Below are positions 1 through 11,351 of a stretch of DNA of 64,000 nucleotides, piece by piece. How positions within the stretch are numbered: the stretch's first letter is position 1; every line of letters starts with the position of its first letter. The DNA lies in assembly GCA_023205875.1 (NCBI GenBank), contig CP060768.1, positions 124,001 to 188,000 of the forward strand. The letters are read 5' to 3'. This DNA comes from Chloropicon primus (Eukaryota). A program made the translations under genes and the position numbers. The notes under the pieces are model-generated. The model saw only the letters and a list, made by a program, of their open reading frames with translations. It did not search any database and was not told where the DNA came from.

Positions 1-250
1 TCAAGGTGACCTCCCCGGGCTGCCCCTCTACAAGTCCTCTCGTCCAACTCGCACCCCTGGCTCCTCGAAGCCACTGCAAATCATCAAGGTGACCTCCCCG
101 GGCTGCCCCTCTACAAGTCCTCTCGTCCAACTCGCACCCCTGGCTCCTCGAAGCCACTGCAAAACATCAAGGTGACCTCCCCGGGCTGCCCCTCTACAAG
201 TCCTCTCGTCCAACTCGCACCCCTGGCTCCTCGAAGCCACTGCAAATCAT
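1..250 (-). repeat. 83-bp tandem repeat (at least 3 copies, runs off window start) encoding frameshifted ankyrin-like units; probable pseudogene
   Basis: Unit start tcaaggtgacc recurs at 1, 84 and 167. Minus strand reads SQGCELDERTCRGAARGGHLDVLQWL, a GCxWDExTC..AA.GGHLxVLQW-type ankyrin-like repeat. 83 is not divisible by 3. Confidence 0.85.
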
Positions 251-751
251 ACTGACTTATGTTATCCCACCGGTTTAGTGGCGACCCTACACTGGTGGAC
301 GAGGAGAGACGCCAGCGATGGGAGGATAATGGTGTCGGGGAGGTTCGACCAGGAGGAATGTCGAGACCAGGTGGAGGCGTTCAAGCGCAAGTTCGACGAA
401 TTCAACGACGCAGACCCCATCAATCGTTGGTCTGCCGACCAAACGTCTGACACTACGTCACAGCTCGCGACCGGCAGCACCACCTCTGCCCTCCCTAACG
501 CTGGTGTTGCTCGAGGGTCAGCAGGGCGGGAGCTGACGTTCACCACCCAGCTACAGGGAGTGGGGCAGGGGCGTGGATCGGGGACACTGCGGGAGGTTCC
601 TCTGGCCGGCACGGCTATGAAGGCCCTTGCAGCTACGGCTCGGCCTCTACGAACCGAGGAGGTCAAGCTCATCATCAACAAATGGCCAAGCACGAGGGCG
701 AACGAGGAGGAAAAGAGAGAGAGAGAAAAGACGACTCAGTCCTGCCGGAAA

Positions 752-784
<33 letters not shown>

Positions 785-1026
785 TCCTTTGGTCTCCTTT
801 CGTTTCGAGCCCTCGCACACATCCAGAGGTCTTGTGGCTCTTAGCATCATCTTCCTCCTCCTCTGCCCTTGGATCGATTTGTTCTCAAAAAAAAAGAAAA
901 AAAAAGGTATGATTGTTGTAAAATTTCAATACGTTATATTTTGTTTGTGCAATATACTACTGACCACGCAGCGCACCTGCCTCCGCGCTCCCCCTGACCC
1001 AAACACCCCCGCCCCCATTCGTTCAT

Positions 1027-2181
1027 TCATGACTCTTGGAGCAGAAGGAGGGCCTGCGCCTCCGAGGCGATCTGCTCGTCCTCTGCCATCAGCCTCCTGG
1101 TCCTCTCGGCGCTCTCCTCGGCGCTGATGGTGTCGCCAGAGTCCTCGGAGTCCCGGGAGGTGCTGCCGCTCAGTCCGCTGCTCGCCTTTGTCCGCCCGCT
1201 CGAGGCCGAGGCGATCCCGGCGCTGGCGCCGAGGGGAAAGTTGGTGATGGCCGCAGCGCCCCTGATCTCCCTGGCCGCCTGGTCGTAGGCCAAGGCCGCC
1301 TCCTCGGCGGTGTCAAAGGTTCCCAGCCAGACCCTGCAGCCCTTGGAAGGGTCCCTGATCTCCGCGGCGAACTTGCCCCAGGGTCTCTGCCTCACGCCCC
1401 TGAACTTGGCGCTCGCCTGCTTCTTCTCCATCACCCCGGCGCTGTGCGGCCTCAGGGGGTGGGAGCCGTGGCCCTTGCTGTTCCTCCTGGCGCTCCCGAC
1501 GGAGAACCCGGTCGTCCTCTCGGGGATGGGGACGGAGCCGTAGGCCAGCTCGGCGGACGGCCTCCTTCCGCTCGCTGGGATGGCGATGGGGGCCGACTTC
1601 TCCAGGCTCTTGCCCGGGATGCAGGTCGTGAATGCGCTCGTGGGGGACACTCCGAGGGGCGTCTCGATCTTCACGCCGGCGTCGGCCTGGCTGCTGCCGT
1701 GGTGGTGGTGGTCGGCGGCAGCCATGGCGGCCGCGGGGTGGTGGTGCTTCTGGGCGGCGGAGGCCTGGGCCATCTGGGGCCACTGGGTGGTCTGCTGCTG
1801 CTGCTGCTGGTTCATCAGGCCGCTGAGGGCCCCGACCTTCTTGGCCGCGGGCTTCTTCGCCGCCTCCTGCTGGAGCTCCTGCTGCTGCTTCATCATCTGC
1901 TGCAGGAGGCCAAAGTTCACCGCGGGGTTCAGGGGGGAGAACGCCGCCGCGGCGGCCATGTGCTGCTGCTGCTGCTGCATCAGGAACGCCGGGTTCATCG
2001 CCAACGCCGCAGCACTCATCGCCAACGCCTGCTGCTGGGCCTGCTGCTGGGCCTGGCTCACCCCAGGTCCGGGTCCACCACCGGCGCTCGCCCCTTGGGG
2101 GTTCCCCGCCGCCGCTGGGTCGTTCAAGTTCATCGCACCCGCCGCCTGGAACCCCCAAGGGGTCGTCGGGGACGCGTACAT
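1027..2181 (-). CDS. AP2/ERF transcription factor
   Basis: [20 protein letters not shown]...[25 protein letters not shown]...TNFP is a canonical AP2 domain; Q/A-rich N-terminus. Confidence 0.95.
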   Translation of the reverse strand: MYASPTTPWGFQAAGAMNLNDPAAAGNPQGASAGGGPGPGVSQAQQQAQQQALAMSAAALAMNPAFLMQQQQQHMAAAAAFSPLNPAVNFGLLQQMMKQQQELQQEAAKKPAAKKVGALSGLMNQQQQQQTTQWPQMAQASAAQKHHHPAAAMAAADHHHHGSSQADAGVKIETPLGVSPTSAFTTCIPGKSLEKSAPIAIPASGRRPSAELAYGSVPIPERTTGFSVGSARRNSKGHGSHPLRPHSAGVMEKKQASAKFRGVRQRPWGKFAAEIRDPSKGCRVWLGTFDTAEEAALAYDQAAREIRGAAAITNFPLGASAGIASASSGRTKASSGLSGSTSRDSEDSGDTISAEESAERTRRLMAEDEQIASEAQALLLLQES

Positions 2182-2502
2182 GATATCTATCTCTCGATGC
2201 TGGTGATGATGATTGAATGAATGAATGAATGAATGAATGAAACGAGAGAGAGAGAGAGAGAGAGAGAAAGAGGAGAGGTCAGCTCAAAAAGAAGAAGAAA
2301 AGGTACCGGTTTTCAGAATCACGACGAGCGAACGACGAACCCCACAAGAAAACGCTCGCGACGGTTACGCACCTCGTCAACGGTTCCACTCGTCGTCAAT
2401 CCAAGTCAAGTCCAGTGAAAAAAGCAATCAATCCCTTCTCGCCCTTCTAAAAACCGAGAGAGAGAGAGAGAGAAAGAGAGAAGGAAGAAGAAGAAGAAAA
2501 AA

Positions 2503-2538
<36 letters not shown>

Positions 2539-2953
2539 CTCTTCGTTCAGGAGACGTCCATTTCCTTTCGTTCGTCGCTCGTCGCTCACCTCGTCTTCGT
2601 CTTCGTCGTCGTCGTTCTCTCTCTCTTGTGCGCGGTCGTCTCGTCTTCGTCTCGTCTCTCTCTGTGGATTTCCAGATGCCGCGCCATTTCAAGATAAAAA
2701 AAACGATAAAAGAATAACAAGGGAATCTCAACACGAGCGAACACAACGAGAAAAATGGAAAGAATTTGAATTCTCGCCTCAGAGTAGAAATCGCCGTGTT
2801 AGCAAGTCGCGTCACGTGCGCTGGAGCTGATTCAGCGTTGTTCTCTATATGAAGTAAGTTTTCCTACGGAGGGGGTGTGACGCGGCGACCCCGTGGGTCC
2901 GGCCCCACTGGCCTTGGCGCGCGCGCGCCGAGTTTGGGTTCGAAAGCCAATCC

Positions 2954-3079
2954 AATCCATTGCTTCCTTCCACGACAAGCAATCCATTGCTTCCTTCCAC
3001 GACAAGCAATGCATTGCTTCCTTCCACGACAAGCAATGCATTGCTTCCTTCCACGACAAGCAATGCATTGCTTCCTTCC
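2954..3079. repeat. 27-bp tandem minisatellite (about 4.6 copies) containing a 16-bp palindrome
   Basis: Unit aat(c/g)cattgcttccttccacgacaagc; unit junctions form AAGCAATGCATTGCTT. Confidence 0.9.
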
Positions 3080-3431
3080 TCGTCCTCGTCTTCGTCTCCG
3101 TCACCTGGACGATCACGTGGTTCTTCTCCGGATGTGACTCACCCGGAAGCGGAAGCGGAAGGCGCGAAGTGAAGCGACGCTTTTGCTCTTCGGACTCTAC
3201 GCGGTTTCGTTACACTCGAACTCGAACCGAGACATCCAGCAAGACGCCACCTTGGGGTCCCTTTCAAGCTGCTGGCGACCATGACCATGACCATGTCCAA
3301 CAACAACACGGGAGGAGAGGGAGAGGTAATGGAATTACCTTCAGCACAATGCCGCCGCAAAAGAAAAAGAAACTGACTCCTCCTCCTCCTCCTCCTCCCA
3401 TTTTCTTCTCAATCATCATCAATTCATCGTA

Positions 3432-4421
3432 TTGCAAAAAAAGTACGAGGAGTTGCAGCAGGTATCGTACGTGCAGAACCCCGTGGCCGGCAGCGATGCA
3501 TCACCACCGACACACCATCACGTCGTCGAGATGGTTCCCCCCAAGCCAGTGGCTGGGATGACGACCCCACACCACCACCAAGATCCCCATCATCATGCAT
3601 CCCCATCATCACCATCACCATCAGCTTCTTATTTAGGTGGTGGTGGTGGTGGTTTTGCTCACGACAGGCCGGAGAGCGAGAACCGAAGCCTTTTTTGCCC
3701 GAACTTCAAGTCGTGCTGCATCTCTGTCCTGATCCCTCATGTGAACTGCGGATCGTGCGTTGTGGTGAAGGAGAACACGTCGGTGTTCGTGCAGCACTGG
3801 GGGGAGACCACCGCAGTGATCAAGAAGCCTGGCTTGTACTGCATCAATGTCGTGGGGAGGAAGGTGACGCACATGAACCTGAAGAACCACGTCAGGGAGA
3901 CGCCTTATCCCGGGGTCAAGTGCCTGGACGTGAACTCCAACCCAATCTTGGTCGGAGGGGCCATGTACTACAGGGTGGAGGGCGTCGAGGCCGCAGTGCT
4001 GAGCGTGAGCAACAGGATCAAGTTCATGATGTCCCAGTTCGAGGTCGTGCTGAAGCAGGTGTGCAGCAGGTACCCCTACGAGGCGGACGAGCGCAACCCC
4101 CACAGCCTCAAGTCGGAGAGCTTTGCGATCGGGGAGGAGATGAAAAGGCTGATGCAGGAGAAGGTGAACTTCTGCGGGGTGAGAATCACGTCCTGCGTGC
4201 TGACGGACTTGTCCTACGCCCCGGAGATCGCCCAGCCCATGCTCATGCGGCAGCAGGCGGAGGCGATGGTAAAGGCTCGGCAGCTCATCGTGACGGGGGC
4301 TGTGCTGATGACGGAGGACGCCATCAACACACTCGAGGCCAAAGGAGTCAAGTTCACGGACCCGGAGAAGGCCCTCATCATTCGCAACCTCCTTTCCATG
4401 ATCTGCGGCAAGGAGACTTGA
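3432..4421 (+). CDS. SPFH/band-7 (stomatin-like) domain protein; true start uncertain
   Basis: KPGLYCIN..., CLDVNSNPILVGGAMYYRV, VLKQVCSRYPY, LTDLSYAPEIAQPMLMRQQAEA. Confidence 0.85.
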   Translation: MQKKYEELQQVSYVQNPVAGSDASPPTHHHVVEMVPPKPVAGMTTPHHHQDPHHHASPSSPSPSASYLGGGGGGFAHDRPESENRSLFCPNFKSCCISVLIPHVNCGSCVVVKENTSVFVQHWGETTAVIKKPGLYCINVVGRKVTHMNLKNHVRETPYPGVKCLDVNSNPILVGGAMYYRVEGVEAAVLSVSNRIKFMMSQFEVVLKQVCSRYPYEADERNPHSLKSESFAIGEEMKRLMQEKVNFCGVRITSCVLTDLSYAPEIAQPMLMRQQAEAMVKARQLIVTGAVLMTEDAINTLEAKGVKFTDPEKALIIRNLLSMICGKET

Positions 4422-4862
4422 GAGGAGGAAGCCACAGACCACGGACCGTGTACGACCACCATTGTGCCTTTCCCCCGATGTTTATCTACAACCTACTACA
4501 ATTTTCACACACACACACACACACACACGAGGATGGGATGGCATGGGATGGAAAAATTTTTTAGCAGAGAAGGAAGGTACAACCTCACCCTCTCCCTCTC
4601 TCCTTCCCCTCCTCCTCCCTCCCTCCCTCGATGCATGCCTTTGCCTTTGCCTTTCGTCTTCTTTCCCGTCGGTTCGTCTCCCGTTTCCTTTCATAACGCG
4701 TTGACAACCGTTTCGACTTCCCTTGGACAGCTTCGCTCCAGTCGCGCTCCGCTCCGCTCCTCCCGAGAGACAGAGAGTGAGGGAGAAGAGGTGGGGGAGC
4801 ACGTGGCGGGCGGAAGCGGATGACACCCCTGGACCTCACCGAACACCACTTCGCGACACGAC

Positions 4863-5806
4863 ATGCGAGACCCAAGGTGCTTCCCTTGGAATGAGGACGA
4901 GCAACCCAAAGTGGTCTACCGAAGTTTGTACCAGAAAGGTAAAAGACAGCGACTTTTTTATCTGTCAGAAGATGGTGACTCGACGACAACAAAGCAACGC
5001 ACTGACTTCCCCATCTCCTCCCTCCTGACTTCCCCTCCCCAAGGCGTGGAGCAGAACGTGCTTGAGGTCTACCACCACAGCAAGGAGGTGTGGTACCACG
5101 AGTATAGGTTCTGCTCCTCCGAGGCACAAACCATCACTGGGGTTGTTGTGGACGAGAAGAACGTGATCACGAGCCAGACCAAGGCCAAGATCTGCATGGA
5201 TGACATTGACAGGACCTTGGAGAGCTTTGCAGAGAGAGCGCTGAGTGCCGGCTTCGAGTTCTGCTACACTTACTCGTGCAACATAAAGAAGTCCAATTCG
5301 TTTGGCATCGACTACTGCATCACTTCGCCTGACTCCCTGCCGCACACCGTGAAGGCCAAGGACTGCGGCGTTCATCGACCACCGGTGAGCAGCGTGAAGA
5401 TGAAGATGGAGAAGAAGAAGGTGAAGGTGAGTTGTTGAGAGCTGAGGCACATTGTGATCATCGACTGACGATTGTGTGGTGCTCACTTGGAAAGAAAACC
5501 GACATGGATATCACGCTGGTAAGGAACTGCTTCCACTTGCCGATGAACGTCGCGACTCAGAGGCTGAAGATCGGGTCGACAGCCCTGAAGAAGATCTGCA
5601 GGAAGCACGGCATCATGCGTTGGCCGTACAGGCGCATCAAAGCCATCGAGAAGCTCATCCAGCAGCTGGAAGAGACCGGGGCGACGGAGAACTTTCACTT
5701 TGAGGCGGAGGGGCAAGTCATCAGGGAGAAGCTCCAGGACCTTTACGTCGAGAAGGAGCAGCTGCGTCTGAATGGCAATACGTTCGAAGCAGCCGCCCTG
5801 GAATGA
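4863..5806 (+). CDS. RWP-RK transcription factor (intron 5427-5494)
   Basis: Spliced product gives ...KKKVK|KTDMDITLVRNCFHLPMNVATQRLKIGSTALKKICRKHGIMRWPYRRIK. Intron is GTGAGT...CTGAC...AG and joins the frames correctly. Confidence 0.9.
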
Positions 5807-6055
5807 AACATACTGTAGTATTAGAGATGGCAAAACACTTCTTTTCTGTTACTACATCCGATCGATTCTTCTCCTCGTACGCAGTACTTGAGAGAAGGAG
5901 CAGCTGCTGCGTCTGAATGGCAATCCGTCCTCTGAAGCAGCCGTCCTCGAATAAAGAACATAGAGAAACACTGTACTGTAGTATTAGAGATATCAAAACA
6001 ATTCTTTTTTCATCGATTCTTCTCCTCGCTCGTCCGGCTTTTTTTTAGCTCAGCC

Positions 6056-7780
6056 TCAGCTCACTTCGAGCTTTTTTAACAAAGTCTCAGAGTACCCCGG
6101 AGAGTAGTACTTGACAATCTCGTCGGGATAGCTGCTGCTGATGGCGTTAATACTTTCCTTCGCTTCGTCATCTTCTTCTACTGGCAGAGACAAGACCTTG
6201 GCCAGAGCCCCTGAAGAGACAAAGGTGCTCCTTCCGTTCGGATCGTTTGGCAAAACCTTGGAGACTTGCAAGAGGATCACCTTCAGCACACCCATGTGCT
6301 CCACGCCCGCGGACTCCTGTACGAGCGTGTTCAGAGCCTGCATGTGTGTGAGTTTCGCGATAATGGCTTTCAGAGCGCGCTTGCACTTGGTCTTGAGGTC
6401 GTCGCTGCTCGTTGGAGCTATTTGGCACGACATGAAAGTGGAAAGGACGCCGATGTCAGCCACGGCCTTGGCGTGCTCTGGTGAGTGGCGGCCAATCTGA
6501 CCGATGCTCCAAACGCTTGCGCTCTTCAAGTGATCCTCGCCCTCGCTCTCCAGGGCGTGCTGCAAGGCTGGCAGACCCTTGGAGGAGATCACAGCCAGAC
6601 TCAAGGTCTCGCTGAAGGCGGCGATGTAACCCAAAGCCATGATTCCTGGAAGCCTGTTGTTTCCTTCCGTCTCGGACACGTACTCGACGAGGGCGCCGAC
6701 ACCGCCATTTCCTACGATGAGCTGCGCGAGCTCGGGCGTGTGCTTGGCCACCTCCCTGACAACGGTAGCGGCGTGCTTTCTCACGAACTGGTCCGCGTCC
6801 TTGAGGCACAAGAAGATCTTTGGGAAGATCTCCGCCTCGACGACGACCTCCGCCAAGTCCACCGAGTGCTTGGCGATCTGACCCAAGCAAGCGCAGACCT
6901 GCCTCTTGAGCTTGCTGTCCGGGTGGACGATGAGAGGGGCAAGGTAAGACACCGCACCGGCGTCAACAACCGCCTGGGCCTGCTCTGGGCTATGTTTAGC
7001 AATGTCAGCAAGGGCACTGGCAGAGATCCTCTTCAAGCTAAGCTCTGGCTCCTGCACGCAGAGAACGAGGCAGCCGATAGCTCCGGCGTCCACAACAGTC
7101 TGGGCAAGCTCGGCGTTGTGTCCTGCGATGTATCCCAAGGCCCACGCGGCGGCCTCCTTCACGCCGGGCTCGAACTCCTCCAGGCAGGCCACCAAAGAAT
7201 CGAGGGCGCCGCTGTCGACGACTGCCTGCGCCAAGGCTGGACTATGCTTTGCCACCGCCCTGAGCACGAAGGCTGCTGCCTTTTTGTAGAAACGGTTCTG
7301 CTCGCTCAACGAGTACACGAGTTGAGGAAGAATTTCATTCTGGACCACGGCCTCCGCGAGGTCGTCGCTGAAGTTTGCCAAGCGTCCCAAAGCAAGAGCA
7401 GCAGACTGCTGAATGCTTGGCACGTTGTCTAGGAGCAAAGGTCTCAGCAGAGCCATGACACCAGCTTGCTGGAGGGCGTCCACATTCTATTCGTGATTGA
7501 GAGGGGCAAGGAAAGCAGTTTGTTCCAATTCCCGAGTCAGTCCCACGGCCAAACACAAACACAACACACACACACACGCACACGCACACACAAAGACAAA
7601 CAAACAAAAGGTGCACACCCCAATCGATGGATTCGTCGTCACTTCATCTCTCTTCATGACAATTAATGGCTTGGTCCTTACCTGAGGCCTGGTCGCGAGC
7701 TCCGCCACCGTCTGCACGAAAGCAACGCGGTGCTTTTGGTATTGCTCGAACACCTGCAACACTGTCCTTGAGCTCGCCAT
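6056..7780 (-). CDS. PF16: Axonemal central-pair armadillo-repeat protein PF16/SPAG6 (intron 7681-7487)
   Basis: RTVLQVFEQYQKHRVAFVQTVAELATRPQ|NVDALQQAGVMALLRPLLLDNVPSIQQSAALALGRLA...YPDEIVKYYSPGYSETLLKKL matches SPAG6/PF16. Confidence 0.95.
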
Positions 7781-8142
7781 AATCTTTCAACTTGGATTGG
7801 ACTTTGGAAAACAACCTCAATGCCTTGACTCAAAAAAAGTCAGTCGTCAAGCAAAAGTTTTCTTTTTCTTTTTTCTTTCTCTCCTCTCTGTCTGTCTCTC
7901 TGTCTCTTTCCCTCTGCTGTGGTTGCTCGGAAAGTCCGTTCCCCTCGAGGCCTCGTTCCCTCTGATGAAGCAGTCGGTCCGCGGCACCCGTAGACTCCAG
8001 TCGCCTTGGTCAATTGCTCCGCACGCACTCTCTCTCTCTCTCCTCAAGCGATTGGTGATGAGGAAGCCCCTCGATGGTCCCCTCTCTCCACCGGTTCCTC
8101 CCCTAAACGGACAATTGCTTGAAGGAGAGAGAGAGAAGACGA

Positions 8143-8178
<36 letters not shown>

Positions 8179-8824
8179 AGAGAGGACTTTACTACAAGGG
8201 AACAGGCGTGCTCGCTCTGTCAAGGGGTTCGTTCGTGTGCGTTCCCACGCACGCTCCTCTCTCTCGCGAGCGATTAACGCAATACCCTCTCGGTCAAAGT
8301 TGGAAGGAGGTCGAGGATTTCCTTTCCATGGGATCCCGTGTATTCTACTCATGACGTCACCTCGAAACAGGAATTGCGCATAAGAGAAACTTCTAATAAT
8401 GAACTGATGATCCCATGGAAAGGATATTGGAGAACGGCTAGGAAATAGGAGAGCGCCTCGTCGTCGAACGTTGTTTTGTGACGTTACTTGTTCCCACCCA
8501 GGATCCACACCCCTGCTTGCTTGCTTGGCTTGCTTGGTCCCCTTCGCGTCCTCCCTTCACGTCCTCCCTTCTCCCTTTGCGGCCCTTTCAATTGCCAAGG
8601 CCAAAGTGTGCCCTGCTGCATTGCATTGAGCCATACTGCCATTTACGGCACAGGAGTCGACTGACTGCAGTGGTGGTGGGACTCCCTGCTTCACTTCACT
8701 TGTTGTTGTTGTGTATTGTTGATTCGCTGCAACGCATTGTGTCTAGAGCTGCTTTGAGCCAAGTGGAAGGACATGGCATGGGAGTGAAGCCCGCCTTCCC
8801 TTGGTGTAGCTGCTGAGTGAAACA

Positions 8825-8855
<31 letters not shown>

Positions 8856-8960
8856 AGGGAATACCTTGAGCAAGAGGGGATACCACCGCTTAATTTCCTC
8901 CTCTCCAAGTAGTAGGAAGTGAGAGCCAAGAGAGAGAGAGAGAGAGAAGCAAGCAAGAGG

Positions 8961-10142
8961 ATGGGGGAGAGCAGCACAACGACAACGAAATCTGCCAAGG
9001 ACAGGAAGCTGGAACAGATCCTCAAAGTGTCCACGGAGCTGGACTTGGATCCAATACACGACGTGGAGCTGTTCTGGATTGTGGAGGAGTACCTGTCTGC
9101 CCCTCTCCCTGCGAACTGGTCGAAGATTAAGACGCCAACAGGGGAGGAAACTTATGTCAACTCGACCTCAAAGATCACGATTCGCGAGAACCCCGTCAAG
9201 CCCCGGTTCAAGAAGCTTGTACAACTCATGCGGCACTGCGAGAGCAAGAAGTCTGTCCTGGATGAAGTCTCCGTCCTGGAGCTGTGGACGCCGATAGCCA
9301 AGGTGCAGGACATATTAGACATGGCAAGGTACCTCAAGATCGATGCTGTGGCGGAGCCCCACTTGCTGTGGATCGCCAAGCTCGCCATCTTGGAGGGACT
9401 TCCTGAGGGTTGGAAGGAAGTTCGGAACGAGGACGGCACAACGTCGTACTTGAACACGCTGACCAACCAAAAGTTCTCTCAGCACCCCTTGGACGATCAC
9501 TTCGAGGGGCTGATCAGGGTAAACAGAAGCAGGGGGGTGCCCCAAACGAGTTTGAGGCCGGACTTGTACGAGTGGCAGCCCGAAATCAAGTTCGACGAGG
9601 TGGAGTTCAAGCCGGAGGAGAAGTGGCTGCACAGGCGGGTCCACCGCCAGCCAGCGAGCGGCAAGTGGATCCCCTACCTTGACGTCCTCGGCGAGAGGAT
9701 CTGGTATAACCTGGAAACGAAGAAGGAGACCACAGACTTGTACGATATCAAAATTTTGCCAGCAGCCTTGTGCCTGCAGCGCAGCTGGAGGAGTTACACC
9801 GTTCGCCGGGACATGTGGCGGATTCACAAGGCCGCCCTCGTGATAGGAAAGTACGTGAAGCAAAGGAGGTTCAGGAAATTCGTGAAGAAGCTTCAGGCGG
9901 AAAGGAAGCTGGCTACGGTTACCCTCCAGAAGTATCGGCTGAGCATGCTGAAGAGGGTGGAAGCGAGCAAGGTCGCCTTCGAGAGGCTGGGATCGATTGG
10001 ATCCAGGCCAGGGCGGAAAGCGAAGGCCAATGTATCGGGAATCATGTCGAGCGGCTACAGCTTCCGTTCCGTGAGGCGAAAGGTCATACATATTCAGAGA
10101 GCGTACAGGGCGTACCTGGAGCGAAAGAGGGTGGGAAGGTGA
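8961..10142 (+). CDS. Protein with two CEP164-type WW-containing modules and C-terminal IQ-like motifs
   Basis: LDPIHDVELFWIVEEYLSAPLPANW and LKIDAVAEPHLLWIAKLAILEGLPEGW..YLNTLTN...HPLDDHF; IQ-like LQRSWRSY and IQRAYRAY. Confidence 0.75.
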   Translation: MGESSTTTTKSAKDRKLEQILKVSTELDLDPIHDVELFWIVEEYLSAPLPANWSKIKTPTGEETYVNSTSKITIRENPVKPRFKKLVQLMRHCESKKSVLDEVSVLELWTPIAKVQDILDMARYLKIDAVAEPHLLWIAKLAILEGLPEGWKEVRNEDGTTSYLNTLTNQKFSQHPLDDHFEGLIRVNRSRGVPQTSLRPDLYEWQPEIKFDEVEFKPEEKWLHRRVHRQPASGKWIPYLDVLGERIWYNLETKKETTDLYDIKILPAALCLQRSWRSYTVRRDMWRIHKAALVIGKYVKQRRFRKFVKKLQAERKLATVTLQKYRLSMLKRVEASKVAFERLGSIGSRPGRKAKANVSGIMSSGYSFRSVRRKVIHIQRAYRAYLERKRVGR

Positions 10143-10229
10143 CGGAACCGATAGCCGACGAAAAAGGGAAGAAGGGAAGCCTCTGCCTTTGTACAAATCA
10201 AATCACACACACAGAATAATGAAATAAAA

Positions 10230-11351
10230 TTAGCTGCTGAAGCTTATGTAGCTTATCTTTTTACACTCCCCTCCCTCTGCAAGGTCGAAACACACCTTGT
10301 GGAACTTCCCACTTGAAGTAATCACCACGAGCGTGTTCTCTTTCGTGCCGAAGGAGCACGCTGACGTCGAGTCGTCCCCGAGCCTGTACTGAGCCAAGGA
10401 CCACTTGGAATTGAAGTAGTCAGGGACAAACCTCTTCCAAACCGTCGTGAGGGTCTGGGAAGCGTCGTGCTGAGACGAGATGATGGGCCAAATGTGCACC
10501 GTGCCCTTGGATGACGTGGCAGCAAGGTAGGCGTTGGAGGGGGAGAAAGCTATGGAGTAGATCTGCGCCCGGTCGCTCCCCCTCCTCAGCTCCTGCTCCA
10601 GGTACTCCCCAGTGTTCTCCCTCGGCGTCGTTCGCCATATCCTTACAAGAGTCCCCTTCTCGGACGCCGAGGCGACCAGGCTGCCGTCCAGGGAGAGGGC
10701 TACGCACGCCAGGTTGCTCGTGTGCGCCCCATTGATGAAGTTCGACCTCCTGTGGTCCAGGTGCTCTATCCTGATCTGCCCGACCTGCAGCCCCGGACAG
10801 ACCAGCACCGCCTTGTCCTGTTGCGAGGACAAGGCGCAGAGCCCGAGGGGATTATCCACGGATTCCAGCTGCTGAAGCTGCTTGAGGTCCTCAAAGTTGT
10901 AGATGAAGATCTTGTTCTTCAGGGCCACGACGATCTTGTCCCTCCGAAGCCTCACCCCAAGCACCCTGCTATGAAAGCCGAGCTCGCCTATCCACTTGCA
11001 CTGGTGGTCGTCCCAAATGAGAACCTTCTCTGTCGGGAACGCGGGGAACTCTCCCCCTCCGACTATCGCAAACAAGTTGCTCCGAAAGAGCATCTCCACC
11101 ATACCTATCCCACCGAATGCACAAACCCCGCCACCGCCGTGGCCCTTCCCGTTTCCACCTCCTCCTTGGCTCTGCAGAGCACCTGCCCGTCCCTGTGCCA
11201 CCCCGAAGTTCCTCCGTATGGTCTCCTTGAATGGGTCGCAGTTGTACACCCTGATGCCTGCCTCCGTCCCGCATGCGAAGCATCCTCCCGTCTGGTTGAA
11301 CCGCACGAAGAGGGTCCTCCCCTGGTCACCTCCGTGGTCTCCACCCTGCAT
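10230..11351 (-). CDS. ATG18: Autophagy PROPPIN protein ATG18/WIPI
   Basis: FNQTGGCFACGT, IGMVEMLFRSNLFAIVGGG, ASASEKGTLVRIW, ELRRG phosphoinositide-binding motif. Confidence 0.93.
   Translation of the reverse strand: MQGGDHGGDQGRTLFVRFNQTGGCFACGTEAGIRVYNCDPFKETIRRNFGVAQGRAGALQSQGGGGNGKGHGGGGVCAFGGIGMVEMLFRSNLFAIVGGGEFPAFPTEKVLIWDDHQCKWIGELGFHSRVLGVRLRRDKIVVALKNKIFIYNFEDLKQLQQLESVDNPLGLCALSSQQDKAVLVCPGLQVGQIRIEHLDHRRSNFINGAHTSNLACVALSLDGSLVASASEKGTLVRIWRTTPRENTGEYLEQELRRGSDRAQIYSIAFSPSNAYLAATSSKGTVHIWPIISSQHDASQTLTTVWKRFVPDYFNSKWSLAQYRLGDDSTSACSFGTKENTLVVITSSGKFHKVCFDLAEGGECKKISYISFSS

Noticed and set aside
1036..2220. Long antisense or alternate-frame ORFs overlapping real genes (also 36696-38129, 38089-39633, 40439-41860, 55436-56659, 60765-61907)
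   Set aside because: Shadow ORFs expected from high GC3 codon bias; no recognisable domains.
2200..2640. (GA)n, (TGAA)n, (GTC)n and (CA)n microsatellites here and throughout introns and spacers
   Set aside because: General background feature of this genome, not locus-specific.
8340..8480. TGATGA box-C-like motif suggesting a snoRNA
   Set aside because: No properly placed box D or terminal stem.
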